Origin: Candidatus Poribacteria bacterium
Lineage (GTDB): Bacteria > Poribacteria > WGA-4E > WGA-3G
Assembly: GCA_003635195.1 (NCBI GenBank)
Contig: PYIY01000190.1
Coordinates: forward strand, 8,919-72,918
Direction: 5' to 3'
Length of the DNA stretch: 64,000 nt
Each line of letters starts with the position of its first letter. The first letter of the stretch is position 1. The notes beneath the pieces were generated by a model. It was not told the DNA's origin. It searched no databases and saw nothing but the letters and a program-made list of their open reading frames with translations. The position numbers and the translations under genes are program-made. Of this stretch, positions 1-10,903 are shown piece by piece.

Positions 1-783
1 TATACAGGCATCGGATACCTCGCCTTGACGGTACGGATAACGTTTTTGATCATAATGCCCTCCCGCATTCGCAACGCCAACATCTGTCCTTTCACCGGAC
101 GCACGGGAGGGATAATCGTATCCGGTAACCCGCTGATCTGCCCAGACCAGCATCCTGCGGCGAGAATACACACATCTGCACTCTGAAAACCGTCTTGTGT
201 TTCAACACCCGTCGCGGTGCCGTTTTCTATGACAATTCTTTCAACAGTGGTATTTTGATGCAACACGCCGCCGCGTCCCTGATAGGCACGCTGGAGTGCC
301 TGGGCCATCAGTCGGTTATCTACTTGATGGTCAGTTTCACAACGAACAGCTGCAGTCACATAAGGTGAAAGTGCACTTTCAATTTCACGTGCTTCTTGTC
401 CGCTCAACCACTCGACATTCAACCCTAAATTTTGTTGTAAGGTATAAGCATGCCGGAGTTGCTCGGCATCATCAGGTTCAATTCCTATAATGAGCGTGCC
501 TTCTGCTCGGTAACCGATTGACATCTTTGTTTCTGTCTCTAACTCATCGACCCATTCTGGGTAACGTGCTAAACTTTGATTGCTGAGTTTGAGGAGATCG
601 AGTTCGTCAATATGTGCTTCAGCGATTGGGCCGAGCATACCGGCGGCTGCCCAAGAGGCACCGCGTCCGGCTTGTCCGCGCTCATAAATGGTGACAGCGG
701 AAACCCCGGCTTTCGCTAACTGCCATCCGATGCCGAGTCCGATCACACCGCCACCAATGATGATAATCTTATTATCTTTCATG
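1..783 (-). CDS. thiO: FAD-dependent glycine oxidase-like oxidoreductase (ThiO/DAO family); C-terminus cut by window edge
   Basis: Absent from the ORF track because it runs off the window. Reverse complement from 783 reads MKDNKIIIIGGGVIGLGIGWQLAKAGVSAVTIYERGQAGRGASWAAAGMLGP..., giving a GxGxxG FAD Rossmann motif. AAAGML and VRPVKGQ motifs match those seen in ThiO. Confidence 0.65.
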
Positions 784-1187
784 ATTCACCTTAATTCCTA
801 ATAGATTGATAAATCAATTTCCGCACCTATCAAAAGTAAGTGCTTTTGACGAGTTTTGATATAAATACGACAAAGACAGATTTCAGAATTGATAAGAGAT
901 ACTATTGGAAAATCTATACCTACATACTAACATAACGTGAAAAAAAATCGCACTAACTTTTGACATGAGCCCAATCTTCTTGTGTTGGAAACGTCTCTAT
1001 AACTTTCAATACATTCATCAGAAAATAAGCCTCTTTTTAGGAGTTGCTTTTTTCTCATGAATTCTGATACAATATCAAGTAAGCGTAGACCCGAAGTATA
1101 GGGCACGCATGATTTCCAAAACCGCTGGTCTTTGGCATTTTCTACCTTCGCTGCGGGATTGACCTAACGATACGGAGGCGCATCGCA

Positions 1188-2657
1188 ATGACAGGATTTG
1201 AGGAATACAGCACTGACGGATTTTATGACGAGATGTTCGCCCCAGATGGGAGTGCCCGTCCGGCTGCCCAGATGTTGGTAGAGCGGATTGAGGGCTTTCC
1301 TGAAGGCGAACTCACGCGTCGCCAAATTGCCGCTGAATACGCCTTGCTCCGAATGGGCATCACGTTCAACGTCTACGCCGACGAGCAGGGCATCGAAAAA
1401 ATCTTTCCGTTTGATCTCATCCCACGAATTATTGATGCCAGTGAATGGGAATGGATAGAACGGGGACTCAAACAGCGCATCCGCGCACTGAATCTATTCA
1501 TTGACGACGTTTACCACGACCAGAAAATTCTCAAAGACCGGATCGTCCCAGCAGACGTTGTGCTTTCATCGGAAAGATACCTACAACCCTGCATCGGTTT
1601 AGACCCGCCGCGCGGGGTCTGGTGCCATATCACTGGCACAGACTTAGTCCGCGATAGCGACGGCCAAGTTTATGTATTGGAGGACAATCTCGGTTGCCCA
1701 TCTGGGGTCTCTTATGTTGTGGAAAATCGACAGTTAATGAAGCGGACCTTTCCCCAACTCTTTGGGATGTCGCAAATTCAACCCGTCGAAGATTATCCGA
1801 GCCAACTGCTAAATATGCTCCGGTACCTTGTAACCGACAAAGTCTTATCTCCTGAAGTTGCGGTACTAACACCGGGCGTTTATAACTCCGCATACTTTGA
1901 GCACTCCTTTCTCGCGCAACAGATGGGGGTTGAATTGGTTGAAGGACGCGATCTCGTCGTAATGGACGGGTTTGTGCATATGCGAACGACAAAAGGCTTT
2001 GAGCGTGTTGATGTCCTCTACCGCCGAATTAACGACGATTTCCTTGACCCGAAAGCGTTCAAACCCGAATCAATGCTCGGCGTTCCGGGATTGATGGAGG
2101 TTTACAAAGCCGGACGTGTCGCTTTGGTTAATGCCCCTGGCACCTGTGTCGCTGACGACAAAGTCGTCTGTGCTTTTGTCCCTGAGATTATCAAGTATTA
2201 TCTCGGCGAAGACATTATCGTCCCAAATGTTCCGACCTACATGTGTTGGAGAGATAGCGATCAGAAATATGTTCTGGAGCATCTTGACGAGCTCGTTGTG
2301 AAAGAAGCCAACCAGTCAGGCGGCTACGGGATGCTGATCGGTCCCCATGCCACTAAAGCAGAACACGAGGAGTTTGCCCGTCGTATCAAAGCCAATCCGC
2401 GCAATTATATTGCCCAACCGACACTCTCGCTTTCACGGGTGCCGGTGCTTATTGACGACCATTTTGAGGGACGGCACGTTGATTTGCGTCCGTTTATCCT
2501 TTATGGTGAAGAAATTTACGTCCTTCCGGGTGGGCTAACGCGGGTCGCGCTGAAAAAAGGATCACTTGTCGTCAATTCATCACAAGGTGGTGGTAGTAAG
2601 GATACGTGGGTTTTGTCAGCTCCGGGATCCCCGCTTGTTACCGGGGAGGAGGCATAG
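1188..2657 (+). CDS. circularly permuted type-2 ATP-grasp protein (COG2308-like)
   Basis: 489-aa ORF. Its length and sequence style (GITFNVY, FPFDLIPR, PGTCVADDK, GGYGM) match the CP ATP-grasp family that always pairs with alpha-E proteins. An alpha-E gene follows 9 nt downstream. Confidence 0.85.
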   Translation: MTGFEEYSTDGFYDEMFAPDGSARPAAQMLVERIEGFPEGELTRRQIAAEYALLRMGITFNVYADEQGIEKIFPFDLIPRIIDASEWEWIERGLKQRIRALNLFIDDVYHDQKILKDRIVPADVVLSSERYLQPCIGLDPPRGVWCHITGTDLVRDSDGQVYVLEDNLGCPSGVSYVVENRQLMKRTFPQLFGMSQIQPVEDYPSQLLNMLRYLVTDKVLSPEVAVLTPGVYNSAYFEHSFLAQQMGVELVEGRDLVVMDGFVHMRTTKGFERVDVLYRRINDDFLDPKAFKPESMLGVPGLMEVYKAGRVALVNAPGTCVADDKVVCAFVPEIIKYYLGEDIIVPNVPTYMCWRDSDQKYVLEHLDELVVKEANQSGGYGMLIGPHATKAEHEEFARRIKANPRNYIAQPTLSLSRVPVLIDDHFEGRHVDLRPFILYGEEIYVLPGGLTRVALKKGSLVVNSSQGGGSKDTWVLSAPGSPLVTGEEA

Positions 2658-2666
2658 GAGGCAGTC

Positions 2667-3665
2667 ATGTTAAGTCGCGTTGCTGAATCAATTTATTGGA
2701 TGAGTCGCTATATTGAACGTGCCGAGAATGTCGCCCGCTTCGTCGATGTCAATCTGCGCCTAATCCTTGACGCACCCGTCGGGATGCAAGCACAGTGGGA
2801 ACCCCTTGTTGCAACCACAGGCGATGATGAAGTGTTTGCTGAGCGTTATGGCGAGGCATCACGTGAAGCCGTCATCCGATTTTTGGCGTTTGACGCTGAA
2901 AATCCAAATTCAATTGTCTCTTGCTTGCGGGCTGGGCGCGAAAACGCCCGCTCCATACGCGAAAATATCTCCTCAGAGATGTGGGAGCAGCTAAACGATG
3001 CCTACTTACTCGTCGCAAACACTTCCGAACAGTGGGCGATGGCAGAACCCCATGAATTCTTTACAGAGATCAAACTCGCATCACACCTCTTCATGGGACT
3101 TACAGATAATATCATGTCACATAGCGAAGGGTGGCACTTCTGCCAGTTGGGACGTTTGATTGAACGCGCGGACAAAACCTCGAGAATCGTTGATGTTAAA
3201 TATTTTATACTCCTTCCCTCTGTTTGGGATGTGGATACACCTTTTGACGACATTCAGTGGGGAGCCCTGTTACATTCTGCCAGTGGTTTTGAGATGTACC
3301 GCCGCACTTATGGGCTCATCTCTCCAGACGATGTTGTCGCTTTTTTACTCTTAGATCGTGAATTTCCACGGTCGGTTCTCTACTGTCTCTCCAAGGCGGA
3401 GGAGTCACTGCACGCGATATCTGGCACCCCGTTGGAAACCTTCTCCAATTCAGCAGAGCAGCGTTTGGGGCAGCTCCGTTCGGAATTCGCGTATGCCCAA
3501 GTCAGACAGGTCCTTGCTTCGGGTTTGCATGAATTCCTTGATGCTTTCCAAACCAAGTTGAATTTAGTCGGTGATGATATTTACAAGACATTTTTCGCAT
3601 TGCGACCTGTCAATGGAGAACCCGCTGCGGAACAGGAACAGTCTCAGTCATCAGTTATCAGTTAA
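2667..3665 (+). CDS. alpha-E domain protein (COG2307-like)
   Basis: 332-aa ORF starting MLSRVAESIYWMSRYIERAENVARF, the hallmark N-terminus of alpha-E proteins. It sits immediately after the ATP-grasp gene. Confidence 0.85.
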   Translation: MLSRVAESIYWMSRYIERAENVARFVDVNLRLILDAPVGMQAQWEPLVATTGDDEVFAERYGEASREAVIRFLAFDAENPNSIVSCLRAGRENARSIRENISSEMWEQLNDAYLLVANTSEQWAMAEPHEFFTEIKLASHLFMGLTDNIMSHSEGWHFCQLGRLIERADKTSRIVDVKYFILLPSVWDVDTPFDDIQWGALLHSASGFEMYRRTYGLISPDDVVAFLLLDREFPRSVLYCLSKAEESLHAISGTPLETFSNSAEQRLGQLRSEFAYAQVRQVLASGLHEFLDAFQTKLNLVGDDIYKTFFALRPVNGEPAAEQEQSQSSVIS

Positions 3666-3736
3666 GGGATGGATTGGAGAATCTAATTTGCCGCTTGACT
3701 GTAAACCAATAACCATCTAAACCAAGAGCGACAGAT

Positions 3737-6700
3737 ATGGCAATTCGTGTAGCAATCAACCATAAATCCCTTTACCAATATGACCGACTCGTCGGTTTGT
3801 CGCCACACGTTTTTCGATTGAGACCCGCCGTCCACTGTCGAACACCTATTGAGGCTTACTCGCTCAAAATTGAACCTGAAAATCACTTTATCAATTGGCA
3901 GCAAGACCCATTCGGTAATTATCAAGCCCGCGTCATCTTTCCTGAACCCACACGCGCCTTATCTATTGAAGTAGATCTCATTGCGGATATGACCGTTATC
4001 AATCCCTTCGATTTCTTCCTTGAGGCGAATGCCGAACACTATCCATTTTTCTATGAAGCACAACTCCGAAAAGAATTAACCCCATTCCTTGAAGTGAAAG
4101 AGAACGGTCCACTGCTGACAGCATGGTTAGCAGGTATCCCGCGTACAAACAAGAAAATGATCGATTTTCTCGTTGACATCAATCGGTCCCTGTCGGAAAA
4201 TGTAAAATACACTATTCGGATGGAACCCGGGGTACAGTCCTGTGAGGAAACGTTGGAAAAGCAGATTGGCTCATGTCGCGATACTGGGTGGTTGCTCGTT
4301 CAAATTTTGCGACACCTCGGTTTAGCAGCTCGCTTTGTCTCTGGCTATCTCGTCCAACTTGTTGCCGATCAGAAACCTGTAGAGGGCCCCGCTGGTCCCG
4401 CCCTGGACTTTACCGACTTGCACGCATGGTGCGAAGTCTACGCACCCGGAGCAGGATGGATAGGTTTGGACCCAACATCCGGACTGCTTGCCGGTGAAGG
4501 ACATATTCCGTTAGTATGCGTCCCGGATCCGGTGAGCGCAGCACCCGTCACAGGCTACACAGATCCGTGTGAAACTGTATTCACCTACAGCAACACTGTC
4601 CAACGTATCCGCGAAGACCCACGCGTCACGAAACCCTACACCGACTCAGAGTGGGCAGATATTAACGCCCTTGGTCAGCAGGTTGATCGAGACATAACTC
4701 AAAACGATATTCGTTTGACAATGGGCGGCGAACCCACTTTCGTCTCAATTGACGATACGGATAGCCCAGAATGGGATACAGAGGCGGATAGTCCCAGAAA
4801 AAGAGAGTTAGGAGCAAGGCTCCTACGCCGTTTGCAGAACAGCTTCGGACCCGGTGGCGCACTCTATTACGGGCAAGGAAAATGGTACCCCGGTGAACCG
4901 TTACCGCGTTGGAAATTCGGCTGTTTCTGGCGTAAAGATGGTGTACCCATTTGGCGAAACGATGAACTCTTCGCTGAACCTGACAAAAATTACGGATTCG
5001 GTATTGAAGATACCAAGCGGTTTATAGATCGTCTCACGGAGCGGTTACATATCGCTACGCATCGGGTGGTACCGGCTTACGAAGATGCACTCTATTTCCT
5101 CTGGACAGAAAATAGACTGCCCGTCAACATCAATCCGCTCGACTTTGACTTCAAGGAAGCGTCCGAACGCCAGCGACTCGCGCAGCTTCTACAAACAGAA
5201 ACCCTCGGCGAGCCGATCGGCTACGCGTTACCCTTACGTTGGAACCTCGTAGACGACGTTTGGGAGAGTTGTGTGTGGACGTTCTCGGATGGACGTATGT
5301 TCTTAATCCCCGGCGATTCACCGATAGGATTTCGTCTACCATTGGAGTCTATACAATGGGTGCCACCTGAAAAGCAAGAAACAGGTTACGAACGTGACCC
5401 ACTTGAACCGCGTGGGGAAAATTTAGACACAATAGGGCAAGCGAACGCCCAAAATGTGCCTACGTTGAAACATGAAGACCGCACACTGACCACAGAAAAT
5501 GACGAAGAGGAGACGGTTTTTCAGACAGCGCTCTGCGTTGAACTCCGTGAGGGTAGGTTATACATCTTTATACCGCCTCTGACGCATCTTGAACACTATC
5601 TTTCGCTCCTTGAAGCCGTCGAAGCAACTGCTGAATCGTTAGATATGCCGGTAATTCTCGAAGGGTATGAAGTGCCACACGATTGGCGCATTCAATCCTT
5701 GAATGTGACACCTGATCCGGGCGTGATTGAGGTAAACATCCATCCAGCAGAAAACTGGGACGAATTGGTGTATAACACCACGACGCTCTACGCGCAAGCA
5801 CGATTAGCCGGATTAAGTGCCGAAAAATTTATGTTGGATGGTAGACACACTGGTACCGGAGGCGGCAATCACGTTATCATTGGAGGGCGTACACCCGCTG
5901 ATAGCCCCTTGTTACGGCAACCTCATCTGTTGCGGAGTCTTATCACCTATTGGCAGCACCATCCGGGTCTGTCGTATCTCTTTTCTGGGACCTTTATCGG
6001 TCCGACGAGTCAGGCACCGCGCGTGGATGAAGGGCGCGATGAACAACTTTATGAACTTGAGGTCGCTTTTGCCCAGATCCCTGATAATGATACAGAAGAC
6101 GTACCACCTTGGTTGATTGATCGGCTCCTGCGCCACTTACTGGTAGATCTTACAGGCAATACCCACCGCGCAGAGTTTTGCATCGATAAACTCTACTCTC
6201 CCGATTCGGCAAGTGGGAGACTTGGACTGCTGGAAATGCGTGCTTTTGAGATGCCACCCCATGCACAAATGAGCATCGCGCAAATGCTCTTAATTCGTAC
6301 CTTAGTCGCCAAATTCTGGAACACCCCTTACAAAGGTAGATTGGTGCGCTGGGGGACAGAACTGCACGACAAATTTATGCTTCATCATTATGTCCGGACT
6401 GATATACAGGAGGTCGTCACTGAACTTCGAGAAGCTGGATACCCATTTGAGATGGCATGGCTTGAGCCTTTTTTTGAATTCCGGTTCCCAAAATTGGGGG
6501 CTGTAAACGTCCAAGATATTGAGCTTGAATTAAGGATGGCAATTGAACCGTGGCACGTGTTAGGTGAGGAGGTAACGCGGGCAGGGACTTCACGTTTTGT
6601 TGATTCTTCTGTTGAACGACTACAAGTGAAGGTGAGTGGACTGACAGACACCCGATACATCGTTACATGCAACGGACGACAATTAATTCTCCACAATACA

Positions 6701-7093
6701 GGGACACGCGGAGAATACATCGGCGGGGTGCGTTATCGCGCATGGCAACCGCCGTCAGCATTACATCCGACTATCGGTATACACTCGCCCCTTGTATTTG
6801 ACATCATTGACACGTGGAACAAACGCACAATCGGGGGTTGTACATATCACGTCTCCCATCCCGGTGGGAGACATTATGACACTTTCCCAGTCAATGCTTA
6901 CGAAGCAGAGGCACGCCGCACAACTCGCTTCGGCGCAGATGGACATACACCAGGGGTCATTCAATCCCAACCCGCAGCACCTACGACAGGCCGTTTCCTC
7001 GCTGAAAGCACACCGCCCGGGCCTATAGACATTCCGCCAGAAGAGGCAAATGCCGAGTATCCGTATACTTTGGATCTCCGCCGAATTCTTTAA
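3737..7093 (+). CDS. large transglutaminase-family protein (N-terminal TGase core plus DUF2126-like C-terminal region)
   Basis: 1118-aa ORF. Cys-His-Asp TGase signature GSCRDTGWLL ... DLHAWCEVY ... GLDPTSG. The long conserved C-terminal part is typical of Rv2566-like proteins. Confidence 0.8.
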   Translation: MAIRVAINHKSLYQYDRLVGLSPHVFRLRPAVHCRTPIEAYSLKIEPENHFINWQQDPFGNYQARVIFPEPTRALSIEVDLIADMTVINPFDFFLEANAEHYPFFYEAQLRKELTPFLEVKENGPLLTAWLAGIPRTNKKMIDFLVDINRSLSENVKYTIRMEPGVQSCEETLEKQIGSCRDTGWLLVQILRHLGLAARFVSGYLVQLVADQKPVEGPAGPALDFTDLHAWCEVYAPGAGWIGLDPTSGLLAGEGHIPLVCVPDPVSAAPVTGYTDPCETVFTYSNTVQRIREDPRVTKPYTDSEWADINALGQQVDRDITQNDIRLTMGGEPTFVSIDDTDSPEWDTEADSPRKRELGARLLRRLQNSFGPGGALYYGQGKWYPGEPLPRWKFGCFWRKDGVPIWRNDELFAEPDKNYGFGIEDTKRFIDRLTERLHIATHRVVPAYEDALYFLWTENRLPVNINPLDFDFKEASERQRLAQLLQTETLGEPIGYALPLRWNLVDDVWESCVWTFSDGRMFLIPGDSPIGFRLPLESIQWVPPEKQETGYERDPLEPRGENLDTIGQANAQNVPTLKHEDRTLTTENDEEETVFQTALCVELREGRLYIFIPPLTHLEHYLSLLEAVEATAESLDMPVILEGYEVPHDWRIQSLNVTPDPGVIEVNIHPAENWDELVYNTTTLYAQARLAGLSAEKFMLDGRHTGTGGGNHVIIGGRTPADSPLLRQPHLLRSLITYWQHHPGLSYLFSGTFIGPTSQAPRVDEGRDEQLYELEVAFAQIPDNDTEDVPPWLIDRLLRHLLVDLTGNTHRAEFCIDKLYSPDSASGRLGLLEMRAFEMPPHAQMSIAQMLLIRTLVAKFWNTPYKGRLVRWGTELHDKFMLHHYVRTDIQEVVTELREAGYPFEMAWLEPFFEFRFPKLGAVNVQDIELELRMAIEPWHVLGEEVTRAGTSRFVDSSVERLQVKVSGLTDTRYIVTCNGRQLILHNTGTRGEYIGGVRYRAWQPPSALHPTIGIHSPLVFDIIDTWNKRTIGGCTYHVSHPGGRHYDTFPVNAYEAEARRTTRFGADGHTPGVIQSQPAAPTTGRFLAESTPPGPIDIPPEEANAEYPYTLDLRRIL

Positions 7094-7140
7094 GGGGTAT
7101 CCGTTGGTGGTTAAAGAGGGCGTTGATTTAATCAAATCAC

Positions 7141-7195
7141 CTCTTAACTGAAACTGACAACTTGAATAGTTATAACTGAGTACTTATAACTATAG
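7141..7195 (+). repeat. CTCTTAACTGA-led heptamer array (STRR-like)
   Basis: ctcttaactgaaactgacaacttgaatagttataactgagtacttataacta has 7-nt periodicity. It lies just upstream of the CDS starting at 7212. Confidence 0.6.
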
Positions 7196-7211
7196 TAGGT
7201 ATAGATAAGAG

Positions 7212-9926
7212 ATGCAACAAGCAGATACAAAAAATTGGAAGGTGATTGCCAATAGTTATCATACAGCGAGATCGACTAATTTGCCTCACGATGAACAGAT
7301 TGATGAGATGTTAAGTCGAGATAAGCAAATCAATCCGCACTGGCACGCCTTCATGCAGGCACTTGATACCTTAGGGCTGGCAGAGATGGAATCTCGCGAT
7401 AAAGAGGTGCAGCGTCTGCTTCGTGAGAATGGTGTCACCTACGTCTTACACGGCGAACAGCACGGGCACCGCCCCTGGGAATTGGACCCTATTCCACTAA
7501 TTATTTCGAAGGCAGATTGGGAGACTATCTCTGACGGACTTACACAACGAGCGGAGCTGCTGAACCTAATCTTGACAGATCTCTATGGCGAGCGAACCCT
7601 AATCAAAGATGGGTTGATACCGCCAGAAGTGGTTTATGCGCATGCAGGGTTTTTGCGAGCCTGTGTCGGGCTTGTCCCCTCCGGATTTCCTTGCCTCTTG
7701 AGTTATGCCACCGATTTGACGCGGGGACCGGATGGCAAAATGTGGATACTCAGCGATCGGGCGCAGGCACCATCGGGAGCAGGCTACGCGCTCGAAAATC
7801 GCACTGCCCTCGCACGGGCATTGCCCAATCTCTTTGGTGAAGTCGGTGTTCATCGACTTTCTTTCTTCTTCCGCGCGCTACAAAACACTGTAGTGGAGCT
7901 ACAACATCAGCTCGAAACTGCCTCCCGTGTTGCACCGAACCAAACGGATAATCCACAGGTCGTCGTGCTGACCCCTGGGCCGCTTAACGAAACTTATTTT
8001 GAACACGCTTATCTCGCAAACTACCTCGGTTACACTTTAGTCCAAGGGGACGACTTGACGGTGTGGGATGGGCGTGTTTGGTTGAAATCGCTTGATGGAT
8101 TGCGTCCTATTGATATTATTCTCCGCCGAGTGGATGACATCTTTTGTGACCCCTTGGAGCTCCGACAGGACTCAAGGCTTGGGGTCGCAGGTTTGCTGGA
8201 AGCGATTCGACAGAGAAATGTGGTTGTCATAAATCCACCGGGCAGCGGTGTTTTAGAAAATCCGGGCTTGATGCCGTTCCTACCAGACATCGCAAAACGG
8301 TTGATAGGCGAAGACCTACGCCTCCCTTCTGTCGCAACATGGTGGTGTGGAGAACCGAAGCAGCGCGACTATGTGTTGGCAAACCTTAAAAAGTTAGTCG
8401 TTAAATCCATTCACCGTCAACCAGGGGGGCGACCACTGTTCGGAACCGAACTTGATAGTACCCAACTTGAGGCACTCCGTGATCGGATTAAGGACAACCC
8501 GCATCTCTATGTCGGGCAGGAATATATTCATTTTTCCACAACGCCTTCACTCGTTGAAGGAAAACTTGAACCCCGGCGAACGATTCTTCGTAGTTTCTTG
8601 TTTGCAGAGGGAGATGGTTATACCGTGATGCCGGGTGGACTTACACGCTGCGCAGGTGAGAAGGCTGAGTTGACAATCTCGATCCAAGATGGTGGCGTTA
8701 GTAAAGACACTTGGGTGCTTGCATCTGAACCTGAGCCGCATGTCAGTTTATGGCAGCGACGTATCACTGAGGTCCGAGGTCCGGCTTCTACAAGTCCGGC
8801 TGGATTGTCGAGCCGGGCAGCTGAGAACTTATTCTGGGTAGGTCGCTATGCAGAACGCGCAGAGGGGCAAGCACGCCTCCTACGGATTATATTGAATAAG
8901 GTTAAGATGAGCAGGATGGGCTTGGAGACTTCGCACTTAGGGCAGGGACCACCTTCCTTACTCTTTACGGAGACTTTCGGTGAAGATCAAAGAGAGGTAT
9001 CCGAACTCGCATATCTCCATAGCATGCTCCGTTCCTTGACCGGCTTAACTTCATCGCACCCCGGTTTCGTCAGCAAAGACGAACAATCATTAGAAAATCA
9101 ACTCCTTTCCATCATGCTCGACACGGAAAACACCGGCAGCTTGGTGTCTACACTTCAAGCACTCCTTAGCGCAGCTTACGCAGTCCGGGACCGTTGGTCT
9201 ACTGACACATGGCGTGTGATGAACGGTATTGAAGATCTATGTGCTGCCCTCGAAAAAAGCGTTGCCGAAGATGGCGATGCAAGTCCACAAATATTGACAG
9301 ACCTCGTCTTGCAAGAGGCGGAATTGGCTTCACTTGATCAACTCATGATTTTTCTCTCAGCATTGAGCGGACTTAATGCCGAAAGCATGACCCAGACAAT
9401 CGGCTGGATGAGTTTGGATATGGGACGGCGTATCGAACGCGCACTCCTTCTCATTGTGCTCTGTCGTTCAAGTCTTGTCGCTGTGCAAGACGAATGGATC
9501 GAAGATCTGCTGCTTGAATCTGTCCTCGCCGCTGCTGAAAGTCTCATCACTTATCGGAGCCGCTACCGTGCAGCCCTGCACTTTCCGACAGTACTTGAGT
9601 TGCTACTTCTTGATGAAGATAATCCGCGCTCGCTCCTCTATCAACTTAAATGCCTTCAGGAACAGATCCGTGTGCTTCCCAGAGAAAGACTCGGATACCG
9701 CCTCAGTGAAGAAGAACAACTTATTTTGGAGGCACTAACACAGCTCCAACTTTCCAACACCATTGATCTCGCCGAGTGTTCGGAACACACAACACAACGG
9801 AACGGATTAGAAAAACTCTTGGTCCGTCTCGCACAGATACTGATTGATATTTCTGATGTCCTGACCCATACCTATTTCAGCCACGTCCAAAGACCTCAGC
9901 AGTTGATTACAACAGACAACCTTTAG
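7212..9926 (+). CDS. fused circularly permuted ATP-grasp + alpha-E protein
   Basis: 904-aa ORF. The N-terminal half is paralogous to 1188..2657 (PGSGVLENPG, GGLTRCA, GGVSKDTWVL). The C-terminal half begins SRAAENLFWVGRYAERAEGQARLL, an alpha-E signature. Confidence 0.85.
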   Translation: MQQADTKNWKVIANSYHTARSTNLPHDEQIDEMLSRDKQINPHWHAFMQALDTLGLAEMESRDKEVQRLLRENGVTYVLHGEQHGHRPWELDPIPLIISKADWETISDGLTQRAELLNLILTDLYGERTLIKDGLIPPEVVYAHAGFLRACVGLVPSGFPCLLSYATDLTRGPDGKMWILSDRAQAPSGAGYALENRTALARALPNLFGEVGVHRLSFFFRALQNTVVELQHQLETASRVAPNQTDNPQVVVLTPGPLNETYFEHAYLANYLGYTLVQGDDLTVWDGRVWLKSLDGLRPIDIILRRVDDIFCDPLELRQDSRLGVAGLLEAIRQRNVVVINPPGSGVLENPGLMPFLPDIAKRLIGEDLRLPSVATWWCGEPKQRDYVLANLKKLVVKSIHRQPGGRPLFGTELDSTQLEALRDRIKDNPHLYVGQEYIHFSTTPSLVEGKLEPRRTILRSFLFAEGDGYTVMPGGLTRCAGEKAELTISIQDGGVSKDTWVLASEPEPHVSLWQRRITEVRGPASTSPAGLSSRAAENLFWVGRYAERAEGQARLLRIILNKVKMSRMGLETSHLGQGPPSLLFTETFGEDQREVSELAYLHSMLRSLTGLTSSHPGFVSKDEQSLENQLLSIMLDTENTGSLVSTLQALLSAAYAVRDRWSTDTWRVMNGIEDLCAALEKSVAEDGDASPQILTDLVLQEAELASLDQLMIFLSALSGLNAESMTQTIGWMSLDMGRRIERALLLIVLCRSSLVAVQDEWIEDLLLESVLAAAESLITYRSRYRAALHFPTVLELLLLDEDNPRSLLYQLKCLQEQIRVLPRERLGYRLSEEEQLILEALTQLQLSNTIDLAECSEHTTQRNGLEKLLVRLAQILIDISDVLTHTYFSHVQRPQQLITTDNL

Positions 9927-9949
9927 GACAGACGTGCAGCATTGAACCT

Positions 9950-10831
9950 ATGAACTATAAAATTACCCATAAGACTGAATACAGTTATAATCACCCCGTG
10001 AATCTCTGTTATAACGAAGCGCGCTTGACCCCCCGGAATTATGCATATCAGCATTGTAGCGACAGCCAATTAACTGTTGACCCCGAACCTGCAGAGTGCC
10101 GGGAACGCCAAGACTTTTTCGGAAACACCGTCCACTATTTCACGATCCAGCAACCCCATAACCAACTTACTGTTACAGTTACAAGTCATGTGGATGTCAG
10201 TGGCAGAGGAAGGCAACGAAATTTTGCCGAGCACTCGGCTTGGGAGGATGCGCACCTGCAGCTACACACAGATTCAGATCCAGAAATCTTAGAGATACGG
10301 CAGTACATTCTTAGTTCACCAATGATTCCAGCAAGGCCCGAACTGCATGCTTATGCTGAGCAATCGTTTACCAAAGGACGGTCGCTACAGGAAGCCGTTG
10401 AAGATTTAAGCACCCGCCTCTACAACGATTTCACCTATGACTCATATTTCACAACAATAGCAACCCCACTTGCAGATGTACTAAAATATCGTCGAGGGGT
10501 CTGCCAAGATTTCGCACACCTCGGTATCGGCTGCCTTCGTGCCTTAGGATTCGCCGCCCGTTACGTCAGCGGCTATATTGAGACCAATCCATCACCGGAC
10601 AAAGAACCTTTAGCAGGTACCGATGCGTCCCATGCGTGGTTCTCTGTCTATCTCCCACAACTTGGCTGGGTGGATTTCGACCCGACGAATAACCAGATAC
10701 CAGCTGATCGGCACATCACGCTCGCTTGGGGGAGGGACTACGCAGATGTAACCCCATTGAAAGGTGTTGTCTTCGGGAGCGGCACCCATGAATTATCTGT
10801 CTCGGTGGATTGTAAACGGGAAAATTTTTAA
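9950..10831 (+). CDS. transglutaminase-like protein (Bact_transglu_N + TGase core)
   Basis: 293-aa ORF with RRGVCQDFAHL ... DASHAWFSVY ... VDFDPTN, a Cys-His-Asp triad. Confidence 0.85.
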   Translation: MNYKITHKTEYSYNHPVNLCYNEARLTPRNYAYQHCSDSQLTVDPEPAECRERQDFFGNTVHYFTIQQPHNQLTVTVTSHVDVSGRGRQRNFAEHSAWEDAHLQLHTDSDPEILEIRQYILSSPMIPARPELHAYAEQSFTKGRSLQEAVEDLSTRLYNDFTYDSYFTTIATPLADVLKYRRGVCQDFAHLGIGCLRALGFAARYVSGYIETNPSPDKEPLAGTDASHAWFSVYLPQLGWVDFDPTNNQIPADRHITLAWGRDYADVTPLKGVVFGSGTHELSVSVDCKRENF

Positions 10832-10903
10832 CCATTCGCAGGGTGTTATGGTAAAGCCCGCAATTATTGAAACACATCAAATCGAAACGATTCTGCTCTC
10901 ATT

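Noticed and set aside
784-1187. Looked for a TPP riboswitch upstream of the thiO-like gene.
   Set aside because: I saw no THI-box-like CTGAGA / ACCTGATCTGGATAATGCCAGCG-type core on the minus strand. The region is AT-rich promoter-like spacer.
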